From: an uncultured cyanobacterium | Lineage (GTDB): Bacteria; Cyanobacteriota; Cyanobacteriia; Cyanobacteriales; Nostocaceae | NCBI GenBank assembly: GCA_963740315.1 | Contig: CAVUDP010000001.1 | Coordinates: 160,001-224,000, forward strand | Reading direction: 5' to 3' | DNA length: 64,000 nucleotides | Part shown: in pieces, positions 55,564-64,000 of the stretch | Layout: each line of letters starts with the position of its first letter | How positions within the stretch are numbered: position 1 is the stretch's first letter | The notes under the pieces: generated by a model | Seen by the model: the letters and a program-made list of their open reading frames with translations, nothing else | Databases searched by the model: none | Told to the model about the DNA's origin: nothing | Translations under genes and position numbers: made by a program

Positions 55564-56874
55564 TTAAGAGGAGGAATCAGCTTTATGATTATTTTGTATT
55601 AAAAATTCGTTTAATTTAGAAGCAGTTTCTTTAGGTTTTCCAGCAATCGGAAATACTAAAATACTTTTAATTCCTTTATTATCTACTAATTCTTTAACGC
55701 GATGAAATTGTCGATCGCTAATAGCAATCCCATCAACTTTTTTAGCATAATTTACTTCTTCGTTGAAACCATCTTCGTTATAAGCCTGAATAAATATTCG
55801 ATCAACCTTCCATTTTTGATAGTCGGCGGCGAAATATCGTTTAGCCCAGTAAGGATTATGGTGACAAATATCAAAACTAACTGAAGGGTTAGCTTGTTTC
55901 ATTGCAGCTATCATTTGCTGAGTAAATTTCGTTAATTTATCGGTGCGATTAACTTTACCCGGTAATTCTGCATGATAGCCTAAATAATCATCCCATTGAA
56001 CTGCATCGATTTTGGGATATTTTGTCACGAACTCTGCTAGAATATCTCTGAAGAAATTAGCAACTTCAGGAATCTCAACATCAAGCACATAATGGTCAAT
56101 TCCTGCATAGGTTTTGTCTATACCGGGGACAATCCATCTTTTAGCGATCGCCAAATCGAATATCGGACTATTTTTATCGATTTTAATCCCTTTTTCAAAA
56201 TAAGCATGAACTTCCATTCCCTGTTTGTGCGCTTCATCAATTAACCAATCTAACCACTTATCTCGAAACAAATTGGGACAACTTTTATAGCCCAAAGTTT
56301 GCTGCATAACTTCGCTTTTATACATGGTGCAAGCATTACCCCAAACTCCATGAATAATAGTATTAAATCCTTTACTCTTGTAGTAACGAACTCTTTCGCG
56401 AATTACTTTTTCGCTGGCATTATTAGTAATGTTATAGCGACTTAAATAAATTCCTCTAATTTGTTTTTTCTCCCAACGTGTTTGGGGTGGTGGTGTTGGT
56501 TTTGGGGAAGGTTTTTTAACTTGAGTTTTGATTTTCGGAGATGGATTTAGTGTTGGAGATGGAGTTGGAGTAGGAGTGACTTTTGGTGTTGGTATAGGAG
56601 TAGAAGCAATTGGAGCCGGATTGAAAGGAAGTTTTCTTTTTTGTTGTTTGGGAGTAGAAGAAGCAACTGGAGTCGGGTTTGAAGGAAGTTTCGGAGTTGG
56701 TTTTGTAGAAATAAAAGGAATATTTATTTGTTCGCTATTAGGTAAAAGCTTACTAATACCTAAGTTATCTCTCTGAGTAAATAACCAGATACCACCTCCT
56801 AAAAACAGTACAATTACTGATATGGGAATATTTAAACATCCACATCCGCTCGGCTCTTTCTTTTTACTCGACAT
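55564..56874 (-). CDS. GHL10/DUF187-like glycoside hydrolase with membrane anchor and Pro/Thr-rich linker
   Basis: N-terminal TM, PT linker, IRGIY, AHKQGMEVHAYFE, DAVQWDDY. Confidence 0.8.
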   Translation of the reverse strand: MSSKKKEPSGCGCLNIPISVIVLFLGGGIWLFTQRDNLGISKLLPNSEQINIPFISTKPTPKLPSNPTPVASSTPKQQKRKLPFNPAPIASTPIPTPKVTPTPTPSPTLNPSPKIKTQVKKPSPKPTPPPQTRWEKKQIRGIYLSRYNITNNASEKVIRERVRYYKSKGFNTIIHGVWGNACTMYKSEVMQQTLGYKSCPNLFRDKWLDWLIDEAHKQGMEVHAYFEKGIKIDKNSPIFDLAIAKRWIVPGIDKTYAGIDHYVLDVEIPEVANFFRDILAEFVTKYPKIDAVQWDDYLGYHAELPGKVNRTDKLTKFTQQMIAAMKQANPSVSFDICHHNPYWAKRYFAADYQKWKVDRIFIQAYNEDGFNEEVNYAKKVDGIAISDRQFHRVKELVDNKGIKSILVFPIAGKPKETASKLNEFLIQNNHKADSSS

Positions 56875-57103
56875 AGTAATATTAATGATTCCCCGATAAA
56901 AACTCAGTTTAATTGATAACTACAAGTTTGACATAGGCGAATTCCGAAAAAGTAGGTAAAAATGGATTTTTGATTGCAGCAGGTTGTGTTCTAGATTTAC
57001 AGGGAAAGATGCCATTACCACAAGACTTTAACTAACTGTAATATCACTGAAAAATACAGAATCCGATATCTACAATTTATTATCAGGGTGTAAAAGAAAA
57101 ATT

Positions 57104-57220
57104 ATGAAATTAATTCAACGCACGACGCTTCATTATCAAGGGAATCCTGAAAGCATTTACGAGGTGAATTTATGGGAAGTGGAGGAAGGGAAATATGAAG
57201 TGATTATGTTGAGGCAGTAG
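57104..57220 (+). pseudogene. Truncated N-terminus resembling WGR-domain proteins
   Basis: 38 aa MKLIQRTTLHYQGNPESIYEVNLWEVEEGKYEVI... ends where the darG 3' end begins. Confidence 0.4.
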
Positions 57221-58259
57221 ATAACCAATTTTGCTTTTCTAAACGCTGCCAAGCTTTGCGAATATGTTGCGGCTTAAACAAATTCTGCTTCCTTTCGTTC
57301 CATTTATGCACTTTCTGAATCGCTTGTTCGCTATCCTGTGCTGGGTTATCATCTCTTGTTGCAATCCAATGAACTGTTGCTAACATTTCCATTCCATAAG
57401 GAGTTTCAAAACCATATATTAAATTGCTAACTTTTTCTAAACGCTGAAGAGCTTCTGATTGTGTTTCTAAAAATTTTTGCGCCGCTTTTCTACCTTCCTC
57501 TAACACGTAAATTTCAGCGCTTTGAGCTGTACTAGTTCCATCTCCATAGCCATGAATATAATGCCCTTCGATATGCTTCAAAACATGATTAAGATTATGA
57601 GCATAGGGACCATATATATGCGGTTTGTAAAATAGCTTTAAATCTTCACCTGCTTCTTGCAGGAAATAGGCTAGTTTTTGAATTTCTAGCTTAGTTGATT
57701 CATAACCTGGTATTCCATATATTTCTAGCAGTTGAATAACCAATGCACGTCCACGAGTCATATTAGGTTTTTTGGTCGCAATTGGCATTTTTTCTGCTTT
57801 CGGTGCGCCAAATGGCTCAAAGATTATTACTCGTACATCTGGTAATACGATAAATGCTGATTCAATTAGGGGTTTAACAATTTTCCAATCTAATCCACCA
57901 TTACCGCACCCTAAAGGTGGGATAGCGATAGATGTAATATTTAACTGTTGTACTTCTGTAACTAAAGCTGCTAATCCTGCCTCAATGTCTTCTATTTTAG
58001 ACTTACCCCTCCAATGACGCTTTGTAGGGAAGTTAAATATATACTTAGGGTTAAAAATACTACCTGTAGAGACAATAAAAATACTACCAGGTTTTACTTC
58101 TTTAGCTTTACAAGCCTTGGAGTATTGACGGAAGTTTTCAGGATATGCTCGTTTAAATTGCAAGGCAATACCTTTGCCCATAACACCAACACAATTAACG
58201 GTATTAACTAAGGCTTCTGCTTTCTCTTCTAATAAGTTACCTTGCTTAAACTCAATCAT
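57204..58259 (-). CDS. darG: DarG antitoxin (macrodomain DNA ADP-ribosyl glycohydrolase)
   Basis: GNLL..ALVNTVNCVGVMGKGIALQFK, NFPTKRHW, GCGNGGL, KLEIQKLAYFLQ, YGPYA, ELLATVHW; ORF extends to 58328. Confidence 0.93.
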   Translation of the reverse strand: MIEFKQGNLLEEKAEALVNTVNCVGVMGKGIALQFKRAYPENFRQYSKACKAKEVKPGSIFIVSTGSIFNPKYIFNFPTKRHWRGKSKIEDIEAGLAALVTEVQQLNITSIAIPPLGCGNGGLDWKIVKPLIESAFIVLPDVRVIIFEPFGAPKAEKMPIATKKPNMTRGRALVIQLLEIYGIPGYESTKLEIQKLAYFLQEAGEDLKLFYKPHIYGPYAHNLNHVLKHIEGHYIHGYGDGTSTAQSAEIYVLEEGRKAAQKFLETQSEALQRLEKVSNLIYGFETPYGMEMLATVHWIATRDDNPAQDSEQAIQKVHKWNERKQNLFKPQHIRKAWQRLEKQNWLSTAST

Positions 58260-58315
58260 TCCTTCCGCCTCTTTTAGTAACCAAGTACTATTTGAAATTA
58301 TATTATATGATAATT

Positions 58316-58942
58316 CTAGTAGTACCAATTAGCATAAACTTTAATTGAGTTATTAAAATTAAAATTTTGTAATAGCTTGCTAACCTGGGATTTCAAAGTA
58401 ATATTTTGTACGGCAATCTCTTTAATTAATTTCCAAGGAACAAATTGATGTATTAAAAACTCAGCTTGTCGTCTACGTTTTCTATCTCCATCTTCTGGTG
58501 TATTGTTCCAGTATTGCTCTTTCATAATTTGCCAATCAATTACATTCAAGTTTTGCAGATTGTCGTAAAATTCACTGTATGCCATGATTGCATGACCATC
58601 AGTAAAAGCAAAAGCTAAATTATTGGTTTCTATTAATTCGGCTTCTGAAACTAAATGAATTATTGAATTTTGAGCGACTGTGTAACCCTCTACGTTATTT
58701 TTATGAATCGCATAAAGCATAGGAGAGCGTGGAGCAAAATAAAAAGGGACATAATCTTGTAGACACCCATCAGTAGCGCAAGGAACGTAAATATTAGCTC
58801 GTCGATCCTGTATTTGACTGTGAGCAATATCTGTATATTGAGTTTGCTGCTTTTGCAGCCTGCTATTAGCGATTAATCCGCCTGATTTGAGGATTAAAGA
58901 CAAATTATTAATATGAGTGATGTGGTAGATATTCGTTGGCAT
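58316..58942 (-). CDS. darT: DarT toxin (DUF4433 ssDNA ADP-ribosyltransferase)
   Basis: YHITHINNL, DYVPFYFAPRSPMLY, FTDGHA, RRQAEFL catalytic Glu. Confidence 0.93.
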   Translation of the reverse strand: MPTNIYHITHINNLSLILKSGGLIANSRLQKQQTQYTDIAHSQIQDRRANIYVPCATDGCLQDYVPFYFAPRSPMLYAIHKNNVEGYTVAQNSIIHLVSEAELIETNNLAFAFTDGHAIMAYSEFYDNLQNLNVIDWQIMKEQYWNNTPEDGDRKRRRQAEFLIHQFVPWKLIKEIAVQNITLKSQVSKLLQNFNFNNSIKVYANWYY

Positions 58943-59198
58943 TTGGTCATATCCAGTTATTAGCTTAATAGTAATAATTCAATTCTATCAACCCGCACTT
59001 TAGCTACATCAACAAAATGCTGCTCTAAAGTTTATTGATGCTAAAAGTTTTTCTGGGCTATGAGAGAAAATAGATATTCACAACTATCAACTCTTCTAGA
59101 GACGTGTCTATACATCTAAACTGGCGACTCTTGAAAAAGCAGGCGAAAATGGATGTCATTAGGCGGTAACTCGTGTCACTATATCAATAAAAAACAAT

Positions 59199-59230
59199 TG
59201 TAGAGACGTTCATAGTATCGCGTCTCTACA
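59199..59230. repeat. GTAGAGACG-type palindromic small dispersed repeat (relatives at 6531, 25800, 37564)
   Basis: TGTAGAGACG...CGTCTCTACA. Confidence 0.75.
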
Positions 59231-59270
59231 TGGTTGTACGATTAAAGAGCATCCCTCCCGTATATCCATA

Positions 59271-59990
59271 CTAAGATCCACCAATATTATCCGGATTGAC
59301 ACCAATACTACGCAAATAATCAGCCATTTGCTCTGCTCGCTGACGCTCCTGCTCGGCTCGCTGACGCTCCTGCTCTAACAACAATTCAGCACGTTGCGCT
59401 CTTAAACGTTCCTCTTGAAAGCGCTGCTCCAACTCCACCGAAGACAAAAATCGTTGCCCATCGGGGCGATAAATAACTAATTCACCTTGCGCGATTTCAA
59501 ATTTAATTCCCATCCGGGGACTAATAAAATCATCTATTTCCCACAGCTTGGTTAAATTACCGTTTTGTCGTACCCAGCCATCAAATTGAAAAGTTTGGGG
59601 ATTGTAAATGTAATATTCTTCAACACCATAAGTATTATAAAATTCCAGCTTGCGTTCCATTTCGTCTGCATTATTGCTGGGAGAAAGAATTTCAAATACT
59701 ATCTGAGGTGGAATATTCTCTTCATTCCACTGACGGTAAGAACTGCGTTTACCCTTCGGTCTGCCAAATATTACCATGACATCGGGTGCTGTCGGCGAAA
59801 TTATCTTAGAACGCACGGGATACCAAAGTAAATCGCCAGCAATAAAAACATTGTCATCCCCAGCAAACAGAACTTCTAAATTCTCCTTAATAATGACTAT
59901 CCAGCGATACTGTTCGGTATTTTCTGCCATTGGTTTGCCGTCACCGCTGGGAAATAGTATATCTTCATCCAGTTGCTCAAAGATAGTCAT
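59271..59990 (-). CDS. Uma2 (DUF820) endonuclease-like protein
   Basis: PSGDGKPMAENT, APDVMV, FEILSPSN, YGVEEYY, coiled-coil tail. Confidence 0.92.
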   Translation of the reverse strand: MTIFEQLDEDILFPSGDGKPMAENTEQYRWIVIIKENLEVLFAGDDNVFIAGDLLWYPVRSKIISPTAPDVMVIFGRPKGKRSSYRQWNEENIPPQIVFEILSPSNNADEMERKLEFYNTYGVEEYYIYNPQTFQFDGWVRQNGNLTKLWEIDDFISPRMGIKFEIAQGELVIYRPDGQRFLSSVELEQRFQEERLRAQRAELLLEQERQRAEQERQRAEQMADYLRSIGVNPDNIGGS

Positions 59991-60116
59991 AGCGATTTTG
60001 GATTTTGGATTTTAGATTTTAGATTATTGCTTCTATTCTAAGTAAATTAGATTTGTGACGCGGATAACATTAAAATTATAGAAATAACCGATTGTTCCTA
60101 AATGTAACTAATATAT

Positions 60117-60377
60117 ATGCCTCCACGTTGGCCCCGCGAACCAGACCGCAAAAACGACCCAGCTTACCGTAAACTGGACGATAGAATGAATTTCGCCGTT
60201 CATGTGGCGACATTTGCTTTATTTAATTCCGGCTTGTGGTTTTTTCACAACTTTCTTTCAACTGATTGGCAATGGTTGCCCATTCTGACATTAGGTTGGT
60301 TAGCGGTATTAGTCTCGCATCTAATTTATATTTGGGCGATCGCAGATTATTCAGATGCTCCACCAAAATCTACCTGA
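60117..60377 (+). CDS. 2TM domain-containing conserved cyanobacterial protein
   Basis: MPPRWPREPDR..DPAYRKLDDRMNFAVH plus two TM segments. Confidence 0.82.
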   Translation: MPPRWPREPDRKNDPAYRKLDDRMNFAVHVATFALFNSGLWFFHNFLSTDWQWLPILTLGWLAVLVSHLIYIWAIADYSDAPPKST

Positions 60378-60474
60378 AGATGTAGCATAAAGGCAACGGC
60401 GATCGCAACTTGTAATGGTAGAGTTATCTTGAGAATTTCAGCATAATTCTTAAGTAACTTGTAATTTTGAGGCT

Positions 60475-60780
60475 ATGTCTAACAACGCAGAATTCATGGA
60501 AGCCCTAGCCGCTGAGATTGGCGAGAATGTCTATATCGATATCGCTAAGTGGCACCTTTATTTGTCCGATGCCAAACTGCATACTGTTGTTGCCGAACAA
60601 GTTTATCCTTTAATCAGTTCCGATAAATCCGTGGATGAAGATGATGTCATTAATGTTTTACAGTCTATTCCTATCAAGATAGGTGGCGGTAAAAGTGAAA
60701 TCTCTTTAATCGATTTGGTACCGTCACAGTGCCAAGTCAGTTTGGTAGATATCTTAGAAAAATATCAGCAAGAAATGTGA
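60475..60780 (+). CDS. DUF3181-like conserved cyanobacterial protein
   Basis: LAAEIGENVYIDIAKWHLYLSDAKL. Confidence 0.82.
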   Translation: MSNNAEFMEALAAEIGENVYIDIAKWHLYLSDAKLHTVVAEQVYPLISSDKSVDEDDVINVLQSIPIKIGGGKSEISLIDLVPSQCQVSLVDILEKYQQEM

Positions 60781-60869
60781 ATTTCCTAGTTTTTGGTGCC
60801 TTTATTAAAAATGGCATCAAAAGCTATTGATAAATAGATAGATAAATAATTAATAAAAAGAGGAGAAAA

Positions 60870-61082
60870 ATGTCTGCATCCAAATTTCATGATGGATATT
60901 CTTTAGCAGAAGCTACCGAAGCACTCGGTAAACAGGCTTTGCAACTAGGATTAATACCAAGTTTTACAATACGTTTCTTTCCCGACAATAGAGAATATTT
61001 TATTGCTCACGACGATCAATCGGAAGCGCTGACACCAGAAGAAGCATATTTCTACTTTAAGAAATTAGTTGAAAAAGCTTAA
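60870..61082 (+). CDS. Hypothetical protein
   Basis: 70 aa with strong GAGGAG SD. Confidence 0.7.
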   Translation: MSASKFHDGYSLAEATEALGKQALQLGLIPSFTIRFFPDNREYFIAHDDQSEALTPEEAYFYFKKLVEKA

Positions 61083-61083
61083 G

Positions 61084-61174
61084 GGAGTTAGAAGTTAGGA
61101 GTTAGGAGTTAGGAGTTAGGAGTTAGGAGTTAGGAGTTAGGAGTTAGGAGTTAGGAGTTAGGAGTTAGGAGTTA
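61084..61174 (+). repeat. STRR (GGAGTTA) x13
   Basis: 13 tandem heptamers, one variant GAAGTTA. Confidence 0.95.
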
Positions 61175-61250
61175 GGAATAAATAATTATAGAAATATCTG
61201 TACTGTTTGCTCTGCAAGTTCTCTTCATATTTCCTAATCTCCATCCCCAA

Positions 61251-62534
61251 TTACCCATTCTCTTCAACCATATTTCGTGCAAATGCGATCGCTTCATAAA
61301 ACGTCGAAATTTTGCCTTCGACTTGTGCCACTGCAATTTCTGTCAGAATTTTACCTATAAGTGGTGACGAAGGGATATTTAATAATGATATAATGTGTGT
61401 CCCACTTACTAATTGAGTGGGATGTGCAACCGGATCGTCAGGGGTTAAGTAGCGGGAAAGTAAAGATGCGTATGTTGTTACTGGCTTGTCTTCGGACATA
61501 TTCCTGACTACATTACCATAAGCTGTTGCTAAAATGGCTGTAGTCGGGAATACGCTACCCGCTTCTTTGAATAAAAAATATTGTTCTCTTAAGGATAATG
61601 CTGTATTAAGTCTGGGAAATGTTCTCAAGGCTGTAGTTACGCTTTGAATTTCCGCTTTACTATAGGTAAGTTTTTCTAACTCTGCTTCTGCTATTTCTGG
61701 ATTGGGATTAACTAAACAAGCTAGTTTTGCAATACCCAACCAAGTTGTTTTTACAGTATCTCTAATATTTTGTTGCAGTATTTCCTTCAAACTTGGAAAT
61801 TCTTCTGTTAATTGCAAAGCTACTTTGTCAATTTCTGCGATCGAAGCACAACTTTGCGATGTCGCGTATTTAAAGGAAGATTTTAGTAAACCATCTTCGT
61901 AAGCTTTTATTAACCAAAACGTACCTTGAGGCACCAACATATAGCCTAATTCTACCCGTATTCGTTCGGCAGCAACTTTTTCTAAATGGGAAGCTAAAGC
62001 GCGAATTGTGGAGTGGGTTTCTGCTTCAATAGTAAATCCTAACTGTGCGGCTTGACGATATCCCCGCATCAAGCGTAAAGGGTCATCTTCCAAATTCGCG
62101 GGTGATATCATGCGTAAAATACCCTTTTGTAAATCTACACCGCCTTGTAACGGATCTCGGATTTCTTGGGTATGAATATTGTAGGCGATCGCATTTATTG
62201 TAAAATCTCGTCGATGCAAGTCAGTTTCTAGAGAATCGCCTTCCTGTTGGGCAATATCAACGGTAGCATTGGGAAACACAACGCGAGCAATTTGCCTCTG
62301 CTCGTCAAGTAAAACAAAACCAGCTTGATGATCGAAGGCTATTTTGCGGGCTACATTTACCGCTTCTGAAGGTAAAATAAAATCTAAATCCAATTTAAAA
62401 TCTAAATCATCGCGATTTCTTCCTAAAATCGCATCTCGTACCGCACCACCAACCAAATAAGCTGGTTTTGGCAACAATTCCAGATTAAAAGGTAAAGATT
62501 CTGGTGTAAATTGAGACAGAATTGAACCGTACAT
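61251..62534 (-). CDS. CCA tRNA nucleotidyltransferase/poly(A) polymerase family protein
   Basis: LVGGAVRD, DLD, DLHRRDFTINA, DDPLRLMR, ERIRVEL. Confidence 0.92.
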   Translation of the reverse strand: MYGSILSQFTPESLPFNLELLPKPAYLVGGAVRDAILGRNRDDLDFKLDLDFILPSEAVNVARKIAFDHQAGFVLLDEQRQIARVVFPNATVDIAQQEGDSLETDLHRRDFTINAIAYNIHTQEIRDPLQGGVDLQKGILRMISPANLEDDPLRLMRGYRQAAQLGFTIEAETHSTIRALASHLEKVAAERIRVELGYMLVPQGTFWLIKAYEDGLLKSSFKYATSQSCASIAEIDKVALQLTEEFPSLKEILQQNIRDTVKTTWLGIAKLACLVNPNPEIAEAELEKLTYSKAEIQSVTTALRTFPRLNTALSLREQYFLFKEAGSVFPTTAILATAYGNVVRNMSEDKPVTTYASLLSRYLTPDDPVAHPTQLVSGTHIISLLNIPSSPLIGKILTEIAVAQVEGKISTFYEAIAFARNMVEENG

Positions 62535-62630
62535 TGTAATAAAAATAAACTCAAAGGCTAGGCAACAACAACGTAGCTAATAGCTAGAATAAAAACAAAG
62601 CGAAACTAAAACTTAATTGTTGATTTTAAT

Positions 62631-62879
62631 ATGTGTATTTGCGTAAATTGTCATTATGTAGACCGCTGTGCTACCTACAATGCAGTAGAAACACAGCACC
62701 AACAACCTCATTTAACAGAAACACCAACATTTGATCCCAACGAACCCAGTATAAACGTAAATATTCGCACCGAAGGCGAAGTAATTGAAATGGAATGGGA
62801 TGTTGTAGGATGTTTGAGTTTCAAAGAAGAGAAAGGTAAATGGTCTAAATTACGTCCCGGTGAGTTGGTTCCCACTTAA
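62631..62879 (+). CDS. ycf34: Ycf34 family protein
   Basis: MCICVNCHYVDRC...EWDVVGC. Confidence 0.93.
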   Translation: MCICVNCHYVDRCATYNAVETQHQQPHLTETPTFDPNEPSINVNIRTEGEVIEMEWDVVGCLSFKEEKGKWSKLRPGELVPT

Positions 62880-63172
62880 CAGTTATCAGTGAGCAGTGAG
62901 CAGTGAGCAGTGAACAGTTATAGGATTTTGGATTTTAGAGACAACAAACCCGGAATATTTTCCTGAAAACATTACTTTTTCGTTTATCAATTTGCAAGAA
63001 ATCGGGTTTTTTCTGCTTCCACCCGAATGGTGCATTCCGGTGAGTTATAGGGTTTTATATTTTGGATTTAAAATATAACAGAAGGGTTAGAGCCAGAAGT
63101 TAGGAATTTACAAGATTTTATTCTACCCCCTCTACCCTTTCTCCCCCCTCTACCCCCTCTACCCCCTCTCTA

Positions 63173-63796
63173 ATGTCCAAATACGGTTTCGCGCTACACA
63201 CCACCACTCCCGAATTAGGTTTAGCGATCGGTAATTTCGCTGAGGATTCACGTTCTGATGTATGGAAATTAGACCGTAATGTTTCTAATTTGATGCATCA
63301 ATATTTAATAGATTTTATTAAACCTCAAACTTGGTCGGATATAGATTTTATTGCTGTAGCGAAGGGACCTGGAGGTTTTACGGGAACTCGTATTGGGCTT
63401 GTGGCTGCTCGCACTTTGGGTCAACAATTAAATATTCCGGTGTTCGCGATTTCTACTTTGGCAGCATTTGCATGGGAAAACCGACGTGATGACGATGGTT
63501 TTATCGCCGTACAGATGCCAGCGCAACGAGGTATGTTGTTCGGTGCGATTTATCAAGTTATGCCGGATGGTAGCGGACTAACGGCTGTAATGCCTGATGT
63601 GGTAGTCACTAAAGAAATATGGGAAGAAAAATTAGCCGATGGGAATGGTAATTATCGGCTTGTGGAAGCTAACTCTGGTTTAGCTGCGACGGTAACGAGT
63701 ATGCTGCAATTAGCAGATTTGGATTGCCAGCAAGGCAAGCGTCCGGATTGGACGGAAGCTTTACCGTTCTACGGGCAACATCCGGTTAATAATTAG
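63173..63796 (+). CDS. tsaB: tRNA threonylcarbamoyladenosine biosynthesis protein TsaB
   Basis: ALHTT, VAKGPGGFTGTRIG, ISTLAA, ALPFYG. Confidence 0.93.
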   Translation: MSKYGFALHTTTPELGLAIGNFAEDSRSDVWKLDRNVSNLMHQYLIDFIKPQTWSDIDFIAVAKGPGGFTGTRIGLVAARTLGQQLNIPVFAISTLAAFAWENRRDDDGFIAVQMPAQRGMLFGAIYQVMPDGSGLTAVMPDVVVTKEIWEEKLADGNGNYRLVEANSGLAATVTSMLQLADLDCQQGKRPDWTEALPFYGQHPVNN

Positions 63797-63821
63797 TTGG
63801 AAATTGCCCCGACAAACAGGT

Positions 63822-64000
63822 TTACTCCGGCTCAACTAACTTAAATCCCCAAGGCTTTAGAACCGCGATCGCAACTTCTCTTTCTATGCCTTCATAGGCT
63901 TCCCATTCGGAACCAGCATCTTTGGGATGTCCGTCACCGACATGACCTGCAACTTTTATTACTTGATAACCTTCCACGCGATGCTTTTCCATTCCTCTTG
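63822..64000 (-). CDS. 3' end of a hypothetical gene entering from the right edge
   Basis: Open frame ...RGMEKHRVEGYQVIKVAGH...AVLKPWGFKLVEPE* with stop at 63822-63824. Confidence 0.6.
   Translation of the reverse strand, partial: RGMEKHRVEGYQVIKVAGHVGDGHPKDAGSEWEAYEGIEREVAIAVLKPWGFKLVEPE

Noticed and set aside
58260..58328. 23 aa N-terminal extension of DarG
   Set aside because: The macrodomain begins at MIEFKQGNLL with its own SD-like GGAAGGA

Overview
AT-rich chromosomal window from a filamentous cyanobacterium, probably Nostocales. The evidence is frequent HIP1 GCGATCGC sites, heptamer STRR tracts and cyanobacterial genes (pds-crtB, chlD, sigF, ycf34). The core genes are rpsF, glyA, tRNA-Ser(GCT), dusA, pgm, prfB with its programmed +1 frameshift, ybeY-dgkA-trpG, a CCA/poly(A) polymerase-family enzyme and tsaB. 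Accessory blocks are a Wzx/Wzy-type exopolysaccharide cluster with a frameshifted wzc, a Rab-like small GTPase operon with an OmpA membrane protein and histidine kinases, a HEPN-RNase III fusion, a RAYT transposase inside a dense GTAG-REP hairpin array that also carries pentapeptide-repeat genes, and a DarTG toxin-antitoxin islet. The most unusual observation is a tandem RF2 paralog directly upstream of prfB. It lacks the catalytic GGQ, keeps SPF, and keeps the +1 frameshift position but with UAG (RF1-decoded) instead of UGA. All assignments come from reading motifs by eye; no searches were run.
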